From contig CP060223.1 in the NCBI GenBank assembly GCA_023898465.1, forward strand, positions 480,001 through 544,000: a DNA stretch of 64,000 bases, read 5' to 3'. Under the pieces are notes generated by a model, which searched no databases, was not told the origin of the DNA, and saw nothing but the letters and a program-made list of their open reading frames with translations. This document shows positions 46,542 through 57,404 of the stretch, in pieces (the stretch's first letter is position 1; every line of letters starts with the position of its first letter). The position numbers and the translations under genes were made by a program. The DNA comes from Candidatus Nomurabacteria bacterium (GTDB lineage: Bacteria; Patescibacteriota; Patescibacteriia; HK-STAS-PATE-3).

Positions 46542-49500
46542 CCAAAGAGGTCTTGCACTGATCCTAGGATTACCTGCACAACTGTTTGTTCTTGCTGTGG
46601 AGTAAGAATAGTCAGAGGCTCAGACACCGAGGTCTGTCCACTGGAATCCGTGCTCTCCACCTTGAACTGATACACCGAACCTGGCTCAAAACTTGTCAAA
46701 ACGACAACGTGCCGTTTCGTATAGTTTGTATCAAGTGGCGTGGCTTCGGTAATTGCTTCATCAGCACTGGCAACACCCTGTCGATAGTACACTCGACTAG
46801 TGGCTGGCTCATTTGTTAGCCAGCTGATGATGGTTTGGACTTTAGTATCACGGCCCGGGGAAAGGGCTGAGTCAGTTTGAATCTGCGAGATAAGCGGAGG
46901 CGCATTCTCATCGCCGGTCACAAAGGAGTCAAGCGTCTTGGAAACCGTATTGCCATCTGCATCAACACTTACCAACTCAATTGCGTAAGTCACTCCAGAC
47001 TCAAAACTATCTACAGTCACCTGATGAATAATGGTTTGCGTATCATCTCGAACACTGCTTAACTCATCGACCGCTTTGATGTTATTGCGATAAGGTATCA
47101 CCCGTACAGTGGCATCTGCATCACGAGTGGTGGTCCAGCGGAATACCGCTTCCTCGCTTGATATTTTTTCGACGGCATAATTTTGAATATCAAAAACCTG
47201 CGGATCAGTAGTGAAACTAAAGTCTGCACTTTGCGTTGTCTGGCTAATCTTTGTTCGACTACGCACTTGGTAATGATAGGTTGTATCAGGCTGTAAGTTG
47301 TAAACCGTAACTGAATGGGTCGTGCTATAGGTTTCCGCATCACCCACCACCTGAGTATACTGTTGTGCCAGAGCAAAGTCAGCATCTGAAGCGTAAGCTA
47401 CCAGGGCATTAGAGTCTTTATCAGTTCTCCATTGGATAGTGACTGAAGTTGGACCAACATCCACGCGAGGCTCTCCACTAATAAGCGGAGTAGGAATTAT
47501 TTTTGATAACTCCTCGATGAGTTGATACTGCTCTTCTAAACTTAGCTCTAAAATATCAATGCTAACATTGCCATAGAGATCATTCAGTAGATCAAGATTT
47601 TCTTCAAGGATATTCTTAATCTCATCAGGATTGTTTCTATCGATTGGTGCAGTGCCAGACGTAGTGAATGTTTTATCGCCGGTAATCGACGTGTTGCCGC
47701 TTGCATCAACGGAAATAACTCGATAATGATAAGTAGACCCACTGTTTAATTGTTGCAGAGTAAGGCTATGACTGGTGGCATAAGTCCAGTCACCATAAAT
47801 AGTTCCGTAAACTGTGGTAAGGCCAAATTGAATAAAGCTATTCGCTTCCTCACTTGTAGTCCAACGCACAGTGGCAGCGCTATCGCTAATGTTTACCACC
47901 TCGATGCCGGTTATGCTTGGATTTGTCTCATCCTTACTACCATCAATAGCATCTTGTTCACGTTGCTCTACATCTGATTCCTCAGACAGCATTTCTAAAG
48001 TGCTAAAGGATTTTTCTGTACTCGTTGTGCTATTACCTGAAGCATCAACTGACGAAACAGTGTAATAGTATGTCGTCTTAGGGCTGAGATTACTTAAGGT
48101 AACTAAATGGGTTAGGTTGAGACTTTCGTCTAAGCTCGTTGTAACCGTATAATTTCCCGAGCTTGTCCCATAACGCAATTGAGATGTTGCTCGCTCGTTA
48201 CTTAGCCAGGTAACTACTGCTCGAGTGTCAATGACCGGATCGGCCTGTATATTTGATAAGACTGGTGGCACTGTATCACTAGTCGTAACAAAGGAGTAAT
48301 ATTCACCACCGTTGTTATCAAAAGCTACGCCTGAGGTTACATAGTAGTAATACAGGGTACCGTTTGTCAGTCCTGATAACTTCACTAAATGATTCATCGT
48401 TGGTGGAGTATCCAGACCAACCTCAATGGCATCACTCATATCTGAATTCACTGAATAGAAGACGTGTGAATCAGACTCTACATCAGTTAACCAGCTTATA
48501 CTCGCTTCAGTATTACTCACCTCTTGCGTACTTACATTAGAAATTGCTGGACCACTTAAGGTTGTTACCGTATATCCATCACCTCCGTCAGAGTCAGTTG
48601 CCGAGTTCCCACCCGGATCCTCTGAACGAACTCTGAAATAGTACGTTGTCGAGGGATCGAGTCCGGTAAGTATGACTCGGTGAACACCAACACCTGCTTC
48701 ATTATCCATCAGAGTTGCAACACCGATAGTCGTACCAAAATCAGCTGGGGTATCTGAATATCCAATAGTAGAATCAGAGAGCTCATCTGTCTCCCAGGTA
48801 ATAGTGACCGTCTGAGTACCTATCTGACTGGTTGCTACATTTGAAATAGTTGGAGGCGTACTATCAGTACCTCCTTGTCCGTTGGCAGACTCTGAGACAA
48901 CCGCCGAGTAGTAAGAAAAATTTCCATCGCTATCTTCGCTTGATATCTTATACCAATAGCTTGTATCTGCTGTAACACTTTGATCGAGATAATAGTTAAT
49001 TGCTCTATCGCTTATGTGGCTAATCGTACTATAGCTCGTGCCGTCTGTTGAACGATACACCGTGTATTCGCTAAAGCCTGGGTCGGGCAGTGCTACTGCC
49101 TTCCAAGAAATAAAGAGTTGATAGGCATCAGCTTCTACATTACTAATATCACGAATAATCACTGTTGTTGGTGTTTCTGGTGTTACCGCTGATGCACTAC
49201 TGCTGGTATTTTTGTACGCATCACGGAAACGGACATAGACTGTATCTGGATCAGTAACCAAGGAAATAGTTGAGGAAGAGGCATAGCTTACCCACGTCGC
49301 GCCAACAAAGTCACTCCGCAAAGATACTTGCATTTCAAGGCTGCTATCATCAGAGCCGGAGAGATCGAGAGAAGCGGGGTCAGTACGTGCGTCCACCACA
49401 ATTGCCGGACTACCGAGGACTGGGTCTTTTACATCAAGAGTAAAGGCGCTTGTTTCATCGCTGGCTGTATTATTTGCTAATTCCCCATCATCAATAGTGA

Positions 49501-51943
49501 CTCTAATTAAGGTAGTGGTGCTATAGGTCCCATCGATTTGGGCTTTTGCGTTCCAGCTTGCACTATATTCAGTGTAATTAGTTTCATCGATGTCTTTAGG
49601 ATCGGTTGCCCCGGATGATAGCCCTGTGGTCACGTTAAACCAATCAAGGCCATTATTTAACGAATATTCAAAACTCGGGGTCACCTGTCCTGAGCCAGAG
49701 CTGCCATCTGGGTCACGAACTGAGTAAGTGATAAGCACGCTACCATCACTGCTTTGCTGGGTAGCTGTTGGTGCGCCCTCAAACTCAGGCGGTGCATTTA
49801 CCACATACACCATAGTTGCATCATACAGTGTTGGCGCCGCATAACCGTTTGAAGACTCTAGCCATACCTTATACTGCATCCACTGATCATTCGTACTATC
49901 GGTATGAGTGCTATTCACCGTCTCTCCGCCACTTGGATCAGTATAATAATCCCCTGTGCCGCTAGGACCAAGCCAGCTTGACCAAGTACCAGGAGATCCT
50001 GAGCTATCTGGAGCGGTCCGAATCTGAAATTTGATTTCAGTACCACTCGGTAGATTTTCTGTCCAGCGCATACCCCCCAGCGCATTTAATGCATCGGTGC
50101 TATCAAAAGCAGATGAGGTCAGTGTTTGTGATGATGGGTATTGTTGATAACCGATGCTAATGTCTTCAAAGTGCGGCGAAGCACTAGTATCACTCGTCGA
50201 CATACTCACTCGATATTGAATGTATTGCTCACCATCCGTGACGCAAGCGTCAGAACTAATATCATTCCCGCTCGTTAAATTACCGCATCCGGACCAATCA
50301 GGTGCTCCACTCATGCCTGAATCATTTGAGGTACGAGCCTGAACAGTTAAAGTGGTGCTTCCTGGAACGGTAGCATTCCAACTTAAGGTATCAAAAACAG
50401 TGTTTCCGTTTGTATTAAGTGCCGCTGAGGTGAAAGTGCCCGGTGTAAGATAGGTTGAAGGAATATTAATGGCTAATCCGCTTGCACCATCAGCCATATA
50501 GCTAGTGGTGCCTGATTGCAACACATGTTTTCCGAGCGCGGTAAGTGCGGTGCTGCTCACTTCTGATGGAGAGGTTGGATTGCTCACATCAAGCACTTTT
50601 AAGCTTGCGTCATCAATAATGTACAAGTCTGTGCCTACCGCCTCTACTGAACGCACATCAGTCAAACCTGTACTATAAGCCCCTATGCGAACCGGGACAG
50701 ATGGATTACTAATATCAATAATAGTGACACCAACCGAGGAGTCTGCGGTATATGCGTAGCTACCTACTATAGCTACATCATATCCTTCATCAAAGGCTTC
50801 AAAATCATACGAATATCCTCGTACACCGCTAATAGAACCCGGGGTTCCAATATTGTATATGTTTAAACTCGCAGCCTCTCCGTAATCATCGTACCCAACC
50901 CCATATAAGTAATCACCATCAGCAACCAGGCGATACGGTCTTGCTTGATATGAAACGTTTGACGCACTGAGACTTGGGTTTACCGGATCCGCCAAAGACA
51001 ACACATAAATGCGCATCACACGACAAAAACCTGAACAACCTCCTACTGCAAAACCGGCATACAAATATGATCCACGAAGGTATACGCTGTACACCTCTCC
51101 CGTGCTTGTATATTGCCCTACTAAGCTCGGCGCATTTTTGTTGCTAATATCCACTACACGAACATCACCGGTATAGTCAGCAAGATACGCATAGTTGCCT
51201 GAAACGGTAACGTCTCGCGCGTCGTTTGTGTCGACACTACCAAGGGGCTGAGGTGATAAAGGATTCGAAATATCAAAAATTTTCAAACCATCAACGCCAT
51301 CGGCAATATAGGCATAATTACCGTCGACAAAAACTCCTTTTGCGTCAGTGGTGTCGGAATAGGCAGTGCCACCACTTGATTGGGCCAACTCAACATAGGC
51401 CCCACTTCCCGATCCCGTGACTTGAGTGCTACTCGTGGTACCTGTACCAAAATCAGCATCACTCGTTTGCACGAGAGACTGCGACGTGGTAGTTAAGCTT
51501 AGTTCCGTGCCAATGTTAAGGTTTGCATCAGCTGCTGAGTACTCATTCCAACCTGTCTGATCACCTGGATGCTGAGCAGTATTTGCAGTTTGACCACCGC
51601 TCCAGTCTGTCTGCACCCAATAATAAGTGGCCGCTCGAGAGGAACCAATAGTGAGAGCCCAAAATGTCACGCTAATGAGTAAAACAGACGAAATAATTGC
51701 TCCTGCGTAACGTCGAGAACTTTTAAAAGGCTTTATTACCTTTTGCGCTACCTTTTTATTACGTTTTAAGGAAATGGCAAGTACCCATCCAAAATATAAT
51801 GGGATAAACGCGGTATAAGGACGCTGCTTCTTGCGTTTCGCGCGAAGAAGCGTTGTTTTTTTCTGTAAGCTGGCTGATAAAGAAAATATTCCGAAACCAG
51901 CTCTTTTTGGGGGGCTTTTTTTCGCCGACCTTTTTTTGGTCAC
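46523..51943 (-). CDS. giant (1806 aa) anchored surface protein: LVIVD-repeat beta-propeller + multiple Fn3/PAP-N-like domains
   Basis: N-terminal basic region and TM helix. LVIVD-type repeats (YAYIADGVDGLKIFDISNPLSP; NYAYLADYTGDVRVVDISNKNAP; YAYTADSSVGVTIIDISNPSVP). At least 8 repeats of the pattern T.T..W.T....S.V.Y......Y........H.V.L..L.P.T.Y.Y.V.S.D..GN. Confidence 0.8.
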   Translation of the reverse strand: MTKKRSAKKSPPKRAGFGIFSLSASLQKKTTLLRAKRKKQRPYTAFIPLYFGWVLAISLKRNKKVAQKVIKPFKSSRRYAGAIISSVLLISVTFWALTIGSSRAATYYWVQTDWSGGQTANTAQHPGDQTGWNEYSAADANLNIGTELSLTTTSQSLVQTSDADFGTGTTSSTQVTGSGSGAYVELAQSSGGTAYSDTTDAKGVFVDGNYAYIADGVDGLKIFDISNPLSPQPLGSVDTNDARDVTVSGNYAYLADYTGDVRVVDISNKNAPSLVGQYTSTGEVYSVYLRGSYLYAGFAVGGCSGFCRVMRIYVLSLADPVNPSLSASNVSYQARPYRLVADGDYLYGVGYDDYGEAASLNIYNIGTPGSISGVRGYSYDFEAFDEGYDVAIVGSYAYTADSSVGVTIIDISNPSVPVRIGAYSTGLTDVRSVEAVGTDLYIIDDASLKVLDVSNPTSPSEVSSTALTALGKHVLQSGTTSYMADGASGLAINIPSTYLTPGTFTSAALNTNGNTVFDTLSWNATVPGSTTLTVQARTSNDSGMSGAPDWSGCGNLTSGNDISSDACVTDGEQYIQYRVSMSTSDTSASPHFEDISIGYQQYPSSQTLTSSAFDSTDALNALGGMRWTENLPSGTEIKFQIRTAPDSSGSPGTWSSWLGPSGTGDYYTDPSGGETVNSTHTDSTNDQWMQYKVWLESSNGYAAPTLYDATMVYVVNAPPEFEGAPTATQQSSDGSVLITYSVRDPDGSSGSGQVTPSFEYSLNNGLDWFNVTTGLSSGATDPKDIDETNYTEYSASWNAKAQIDGTYSTTTLIRVTIDDGELANNTASDETSAFTLDVKDPVLGSPAIVVDARTDPASLDLSGSDDSSLEMQVSLRSDFVGATWVSYASSSTISLVTDPDTVYVRFRDAYKNTSSSASAVTPETPTTVIIRDISNVEADAYQLFISWKAVALPDPGFSEYTVYRSTDGTSYSTISHISDRAINYYLDQSVTADTSYWYKISSEDSDGNFSYYSAVVSESANGQGGTDSTPPTISNVATSQIGTQTVTITWETDELSDSTIGYSDTPADFGTTIGVATLMDNEAGVGVHRVILTGLDPSTTYYFRVRSEDPGGNSATDSDGGDGYTVTTLSGPAISNVSTQEVSNTEASISWLTDVESDSHVFYSVNSDMSDAIEVGLDTPPTMNHLVKLSGLTNGTLYYYYVTSGVAFDNNGGEYYSFVTTSDTVPPVLSNIQADPVIDTRAVVTWLSNERATSQLRYGTSSGNYTVTTSLDESLNLTHLVTLSNLSPKTTYYYTVSSVDASGNSTTSTEKSFSTLEMLSEESDVEQREQDAIDGSKDETNPSITGIEVVNISDSAATVRWTTSEEANSFIQFGLTTVYGTIYGDWTYATSHSLTLQQLNSGSTYHYRVISVDASGNTSITGDKTFTTSGTAPIDRNNPDEIKNILEENLDLLNDLYGNVSIDILELSLEEQYQLIEELSKIIPTPLISGEPRVDVGPTSVTIQWRTDKDSNALVAYASDADFALAQQYTQVVGDAETYSTTHSVTVYNLQPDTTYHYQVRSRTKISQTTQSADFSFTTDPQVFDIQNYAVEKISSEEAVFRWTTTRDADATVRVIPYRNNIKAVDELSSVRDDTQTIIHQVTVDSFESGVTYAIELVSVDADGNTVSKTLDSFVTGDENAPPLISQIQTDSALSPGRDTKVQTIISWLTNEPATSRVYYRQGVASADEAITEATPLDTNYTKRHVVVLTSFEPGSVYQFKVESTDSSGQTSVSEPLTILTPQQEQTVVQVILGSVQDLFGWLNLF

Positions 51944-51988
51944 GACAAAATTATCCCACTTTTTCCACTATTGAGCAAGTGAAAACTA

Positions 51989-53188
51989 TTACTTATATCG
52001 CAGCGCTTCCAATGGATCCATATTTGCAGCGCGACGTGAAGGAAAAATACCAGTTAAGAAACCGATGAAGGTGGAAAAAACAATAATAACCACAACAAAC
52101 CACAGTGGTTCATAAAATAAATCTAAAGAGCGTCCACCTAAGCGCATCGCCAGGAAATTTAATCCAACATTAGTAATTTGACCAGCCAAAAATCCTAATA
52201 ATACGCCACCCAGACCACCGAGAAAGCCCATCAACATTGACTCGATTAAAAACATCTTACGAATATCCGCTCGCGTAACACCAACCGAGCGCATAATACC
52301 TATTTCATTAATACGTTCGAGTAAGGCAATTGTCATGGTATTAAACATACCAATTGCTGAAACAACTAAGGCAATTAATCCAAAGAGACCGAGGATGATT
52401 TGTAGCACGTTAAATATCTGATTTGCCTGGGAGATGATGTCGGATAATGAGGAAACAAGGTATCCACGAGCAATAATTTGATCACGAACAGTCGCCAGCG
52501 CATCCTGCTCAGCTACTTTCACCTTTACTAGGTCATAGGACTCAATGTCATCAATGCCCAACTCTTGAAGCGGCACATAGGCAAAACTTGATGTTTCATC
52601 TTCAATAATTCCCTGAACTGTGAAGCTCTGCTCCACCTCACGCACATCAACGGTTTCAAAACCCTGCTCATCAAGCTGTGCCACATATACGGTCATAGTC
52701 ACTTCTTGATGCAACATCTCGTCAGCACTCTTATTAAAGAGCTTAGCGGCAGCACTTGATAACACAATTGCCTGACTTGCCTCACTGCTAAATATTTCAC
52801 CTTGATCGACTTGCAAGCCATGTAGTCTGAAAAAATTTGGGTCTACTGCTTGTAAAAGGGAGTCACTGCTCAAGCCCTGGAAGTGGATCTGGCCGGAAAA
52901 GCTCTTCAAACGCGCAGTTTCTGTTACCTCTGGTAAATCCTCTAGATTCTTTAAGGATGCGTCATCCAACACAACCAAGCCGGAATCTCCAGGGGCAACA
53001 TCTAAGCTTAACAATGCATCGGCGGTGGTAATTTGGCTTAAAATAACTCTTTGTAAACCATAGCCTAGCGATACGAGGAAGAGCACTGCGCCAATACCGA
53101 TACCCACGCCTAAGATCGTTAAAAAGGTCCGCATTGGACGGGTAGTAAACATACGCGTCGAAAGTGAAAGGAGATCCGGAATACGCAT
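51989..53188 (-). CDS. ABC transporter permease, FtsX/MacB-like
   Basis: N-terminal TM helix, large periplasmic-type loop, C-terminal 3-TM FtsX domain ending DPLEALRY. Confidence 0.85.
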   Translation of the reverse strand: MRIPDLLSLSTRMFTTRPMRTFLTILGVGIGIGAVLFLVSLGYGLQRVILSQITTADALLSLDVAPGDSGLVVLDDASLKNLEDLPEVTETARLKSFSGQIHFQGLSSDSLLQAVDPNFFRLHGLQVDQGEIFSSEASQAIVLSSAAAKLFNKSADEMLHQEVTMTVYVAQLDEQGFETVDVREVEQSFTVQGIIEDETSSFAYVPLQELGIDDIESYDLVKVKVAEQDALATVRDQIIARGYLVSSLSDIISQANQIFNVLQIILGLFGLIALVVSAIGMFNTMTIALLERINEIGIMRSVGVTRADIRKMFLIESMLMGFLGGLGGVLLGFLAGQITNVGLNFLAMRLGGRSLDLFYEPLWFVVVIIVFSTFIGFLTGIFPSRRAANMDPLEALRYK

Positions 53189-53190
53189 AC

Positions 53191-54537
53191 TTACTCGACC
53201 TGATACTTACCTAACATAATTAGTTCTAGACGGCGAGCTAATTTACGAGCTGTTTGTCTGTTATATCCTAAGCCGCCCTCATCCCACGGTAAATCAAATT
53301 GACGAAAAGCTTCTTTTTGATCAATAACACCCTGTAAACGATTTTGAAGTACTGTATTGAAACGACGCAGTTCATCCGCGCTCCTCATATGAATAGCAAA
53401 CACATCGAGGAGATAATGTCGAATTGTGTGCACTCGTTCTTCTTCGCTTGTAGCTTGCGCTTCGCCCTCTCTTTGCTGAAGTAGTTTAATTTCCTCGACA
53501 AGCTGGGCGATCTTTTCAGTCATCTTTTCTGCGGTGCGATGATCCAAGCCAAAGCCGCCGTCCTCAATATTGAGGTCAAGTAACTGTTCTAAACGCTGAT
53601 CCTCACGCAGCCCGCTCATCAACATGTGCTGCACTTGCTCCTCTAGCTTTGACAATTGAGGAAGTGTTAATCCTGTCAGCACCTCGGTAACAATCTCACG
53701 CGACTTATAGGGCAGAAGCAAATGTTCAATATGCTGAGGCTCTAAGGTGGTATATGATCGCAGGAGTAATTCGAGATTATGCGGCACAACGGGCGGCACC
53801 TCTTTTACCTCTTTCACGCCGGGATGAATAGCTCGGTTCACTTTCGTCTGAATGATCTGCCCATCCTTCATATAAAAAACCCGATGGGCTAAATGCAAAT
53901 GGGCCGGATTATGCGTGACGAGAATAATCGTCTTATTTCTTTTCTCATTTAGCTCATGAATCAAATCCATCACATCATTGGCTGACTTTGAATCAAGGTT
54001 TCCAACCGGCTCATCCGCAAGCACAATGTCGGGATTATTTACTAGAGCGCGACAAATAGCCACTCGTTGCTGCTGACCACCAGAAAGCTCTGTTGGCAAT
54101 TTTTCAGCCTGGGTAATCACGCCAAAGTGCTTGAGAAGCTCGTTAGCAAGCTTAGTTCGCTCGGCCACCGCAGTATGAATTGCCATTTGCGGCAAAAGTA
54201 CATTTTTGCGAACTGATAAGGTTGGTATCAAATAGAAGGCTTGAAAAATCATGCCAATCTTATGCTGGCGATACTCAGCAATCTCTCGCATGGTCAGATG
54301 AGCAATGTCTTTTTTATCTACTGAAATATTTCCATGCGTATGGGTTTCTAGGCCAGCAATTGAATAGAGTAAGGTAGACTTTCCACAACCCGAAGGGCCA
54401 AAGAAAATAATAAATTCACCTGGATAAATTTCCAGGTTAATACGCTGAAGTGCTTTCACTTCATTCTTGCGACCCATAAAATAGGTCACGTTAAGGTCTT
54501 TTACTTCAATAATTGGCTGTAGTACTTGCTTGCCCAC
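53191..54537 (-). CDS. ABC transporter ATP-binding protein (MacB/LolD-like) with ~220-aa C-terminal extension
   Basis: GPSGCGKST Walker A, LSGGQQQRVAICRAL signature, ILADEP Walker B. The extension has two similar modules (GGFGLDHRTAEKMTEKI... / GGLGYNRQTARKLARRL...). Confidence 0.9.
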   Translation of the reverse strand: MGKQVLQPIIEVKDLNVTYFMGRKNEVKALQRINLEIYPGEFIIFFGPSGCGKSTLLYSIAGLETHTHGNISVDKKDIAHLTMREIAEYRQHKIGMIFQAFYLIPTLSVRKNVLLPQMAIHTAVAERTKLANELLKHFGVITQAEKLPTELSGGQQQRVAICRALVNNPDIVLADEPVGNLDSKSANDVMDLIHELNEKRNKTIILVTHNPAHLHLAHRVFYMKDGQIIQTKVNRAIHPGVKEVKEVPPVVPHNLELLLRSYTTLEPQHIEHLLLPYKSREIVTEVLTGLTLPQLSKLEEQVQHMLMSGLREDQRLEQLLDLNIEDGGFGLDHRTAEKMTEKIAQLVEEIKLLQQREGEAQATSEEERVHTIRHYLLDVFAIHMRSADELRRFNTVLQNRLQGVIDQKEAFRQFDLPWDEGGLGYNRQTARKLARRLELIMLGKYQVE

Positions 54538-54597
54538 CTTCGCGTATACTCCGACAGCTGAATAAAACTCTTTTAAGTATACGCTTTTTTGAGGAAC

Positions 54598-55716
54598 TTA
54601 TCTAGTTTTTGCCTGCCAAATAGGCATTTGCGCAAGTTCCGCCATTGCTTCACTTGCCTCAATAATTCCCCCTCCAATAAGCTCATCCCCTTGATAAAAC
54701 ACGATGAACTGTCCTGGCGTGACTGCACGCTGTGCTGTAGTGAAAGAAACGCGCAAGTGCCCATCCTGCTTCTCAATCACGCAATCCTGGGCTGGCTGAC
54801 GGTAACGAATGCGAGCCTGGCAATGATAAGGAAATTCTGGCTCTCTCATTGTCCAACTTGGCTCAATCATGCTCAGCCAGGTAGAGTAAAGCAAAGGGTG
54901 CTTATTCCCCTGCACGGCAATAAGACGATTATGCTCGGTATCTTTTACTGCCACATAGTACGGAATACCCGTGCCGCTCACCCCTAGGCCTTCTCGCTGG
55001 CCAATGGTGGCAAATATACTTCCCTGGTGCTGACCAATAACCTTACCCTCTGGAGTTATCACCTCGCCGGGCTGCTTGTGCAAGCGTGTTTGTAAAAATT
55101 CAGCGATATTCACTGGACCAACAAAGCAGATACCCTGGCTGTCTTTTTTCTCCGCTGTGCGCAGTCCGGCTTCTCGCGCCATCTTTCGCACTTCAGGTTT
55201 TGTATACTCACCGATTGGAAAAAACGCGTAGGGCAAACTGCGCTGATCTAAACTCATGAGAAAATACGACTGATCTTTGTTGCTATCTAAACCCTGGAGA
55301 AGATGAGACCCATCTGCATCATGACGCACTCGGGCATAATGTCCGGTTGCAACTGCATCATATCCTTCGGCAAGCGCCCGTTGTAAAAATAATCCAAACT
55401 TAATCTCCTTATTACAAAGAATATCAGGATTTGGCGTGCGACCTGCAGCGTATTCTGCAAAGAAGATATCCATAACCCGTTGACGATACTCTTCTTCAAA
55501 ATCCCAGACTTCGAAAGGAATGCCTAACTGGGTAGCAACCCGGACCGCATCTTTGCGATCAGCTTCTTCTGAGCAGTATGGCGAAATCTTGGACTTGGTC
55601 CAGTTTTTCATAAATACGCCCGTGATGTCATATCCTTGGTCTCGCAATAAAAGTGCGGCAACCGAAGAATCAACCCCACCGGACATACCTACGGCGATTT
55701 TTTTCTTCTTCGTCAT
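54598..55716 (-). CDS. mnmA: tRNA 2-thiouridine(34) synthase
   Basis: KIAVGMSGGVDSSVAALLL PP-loop, GRTPNPDILCN, DSQGICF. I place the start at MTKKKK. Confidence 0.9.
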   Translation of the reverse strand: MTKKKKIAVGMSGGVDSSVAALLLRDQGYDITGVFMKNWTKSKISPYCSEEADRKDAVRVATQLGIPFEVWDFEEEYRQRVMDIFFAEYAAGRTPNPDILCNKEIKFGLFLQRALAEGYDAVATGHYARVRHDADGSHLLQGLDSNKDQSYFLMSLDQRSLPYAFFPIGEYTKPEVRKMAREAGLRTAEKKDSQGICFVGPVNIAEFLQTRLHKQPGEVITPEGKVIGQHQGSIFATIGQREGLGVSGTGIPYYVAVKDTEHNRLIAVQGNKHPLLYSTWLSMIEPSWTMREPEFPYHCQARIRYRQPAQDCVIEKQDGHLRVSFTTAQRAVTPGQFIVFYQGDELIGGGIIEASEAMAELAQMPIWQAKTR

Positions 55717-55759
55717 AGCGACGCAATGTACCACATGCCGAAGCCTGATGCAAGCATCT

Positions 55760-56905
55760 TTACTTGCCTAGCGCGGTATAGAGGTCATAGACATCAGTCG
55801 TACCCTCTCGCAAAACTTCAACATACATACGGACGCTCCCATCGCTCTGCGTAATAACTTCCGGCTGTCGAATACTGCGATTGTTTGGACCGAGCAATAC
55901 GGCTTGATTGGTTTTCGTAAAAGTGAGTCCATCACTGCTCTCGGCTTGGAAAATTGCCAAGCTTTGTACAATGTTCCCGTCTTGCGAAATGTCACTTCGC
56001 GGCGCAGCGTAATAGAGAATGTAATCCTCCCCTAGGTAGTGAAGCGCTGGATCATATACCGTTGCGGCTATGCGTTCACCTTCCCAGATCCAGTCCTGAC
56101 CAACATTTTCTGAAAGCATGCTCACAATTCGATCACCCTGAGACTCATATACCATACGCAAGTTGCCATTTGGGAGAAGCAGGAGATCAGGACTACTCAA
56201 CAAGCCTGCATCATTACGAGCACCATCAACAATTTTGCCGTGCTGGCTAAAACGCAATCCATCAGAAGAAAAGGCTACATAAAAAGCGCGAGGTTGATCA
56301 ATCTGCGGCACTTCAATTTTTTGTCGAGGTGATAACTCATACACCATGATGAAATACTCACTCGAAATTTGAAGCACTGCTGGATTATGAATTTCCGGAC
56401 GGCGATCAAAAGGAATGCTAGTGTCCTCAGAAATGCCGGTTGACTCGGGATCACCAAATTCTACCCCATCTTGAGAAGTTCTCCGATAAATATTCCCATC
56501 CTGCACATAGTAGAGTGCGATCGTGCCATCGGGGTACACAATACTTGAAACATTAGTAATACCTCGTAAGATCGGCTCATCACTGAGGGTCCAGCTTTGT
56601 GGCGCGTCAAGGTCAGGCGCTTCTGGTATGACAAAGGAATAATCGTTTTCTGCGCTTGAGGTATTGGTGATAGGCCCCGGGGTTAATGTAGTTCCAGGGT
56701 TATACCAACGGGTGAGCAGAGCTATGCTAAAAAGGACAATTGAAAGCACAAGTGTCTGCCAATACAAACGCGGAATACTATACAACTTTGTTTTTTTGTT
56801 TCGCGTCGACCTAATCCGATTCCTCAAGGTCGTCCCAGCGACCGAGGATTTCCTTTTGGGTCTGCTGGAGGCACGACGCGCAGTAGTCTTCACTGCCCTC
56901 CTCAT
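55760..56905 (-). CDS. anchored beta-propeller-like protein with Asp-box-like S.DG..F repeats
   Basis: Basic N-terminus and TM helix. Recurring TSQDGVEF / SSDGLRF / SSDGLTF. Family not resolved. Confidence 0.45.
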   Translation of the reverse strand: MRRAVKTTARRASSRPKRKSSVAGTTLRNRIRSTRNKKTKLYSIPRLYWQTLVLSIVLFSIALLTRWYNPGTTLTPGPITNTSSAENDYSFVIPEAPDLDAPQSWTLSDEPILRGITNVSSIVYPDGTIALYYVQDGNIYRRTSQDGVEFGDPESTGISEDTSIPFDRRPEIHNPAVLQISSEYFIMVYELSPRQKIEVPQIDQPRAFYVAFSSDGLRFSQHGKIVDGARNDAGLLSSPDLLLLPNGNLRMVYESQGDRIVSMLSENVGQDWIWEGERIAATVYDPALHYLGEDYILYYAAPRSDISQDGNIVQSLAIFQAESSDGLTFTKTNQAVLLGPNNRSIRQPEVITQSDGSVRMYVEVLREGTTDVYDLYTALGK

Positions 56906-57017
56906 ATTTTTTCTTGCACTGTTTACAAGTTTTCACTGACTCAGTATAACAGAAATCTTTTTTTAGCCCAAAAAAACCAAAGTGGCATGGAAAGAAACAA
57001 TACGTTATACTGCTCGT

Positions 57018-57398
57018 ATGCATATTATTTTTCGTTGGATTCTTAACGCACTCGCCCTCCTCCTGGTCGCCTATCTCCTGCCTGGATTTGCGGTTGATTC
57101 TTTTTATGCCGCGCTTATTACCGCGCTTATCCTAGGCATCCTGAACGCGGTTATCCGACCGCTGCTCATCATCCTCACCCTGCCCGTTACCATCCTCACT
57201 CTCGGACTTTTCACCTTTGTGATTAATGCCCTGCTTATCTGGTTTGTAGCGAGCTTTGTGCAAGGATTTCAGGTTGATGGATTTGGACCTGCTTTCCTAG
57301 CTGGATTACTACTTTGGATTATTTCTTGGTTCACCAACGGACTTACAAAAAAGCGCAACACAAAACCAAAAGTGGAAGTATTAGGTCAACCTAAATAG
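57018..57398 (+). CDS. DUF360 / phage-holin-4-like membrane protein
   Basis: I place the start at MHIIFRW. 4 TM helices. The AVIRPLLIILTLPVTILTLGLFTFVINAL pattern is typical of the family (from memory). Confidence 0.65.
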   Translation: MHIIFRWILNALALLLVAYLLPGFAVDSFYAALITALILGILNAVIRPLLIILTLPVTILTLGLFTFVINALLIWFVASFVQGFQVDGFGPAFLAGLLLWIISWFTNGLTKKRNTKPKVEVLGQPK

Positions 57399-57404
57399 CC
57401 CTGC

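Noticed and set aside
56811-57023. 70-aa minus-strand ORF with a CxxC...CxxC pattern, overlapping the 5' end of the 55760-56905 gene.
   Set aside because: It has no SD for any candidate start, it overlaps both neighbours, and the Cys pattern is short. It may be real, but I cannot support it.
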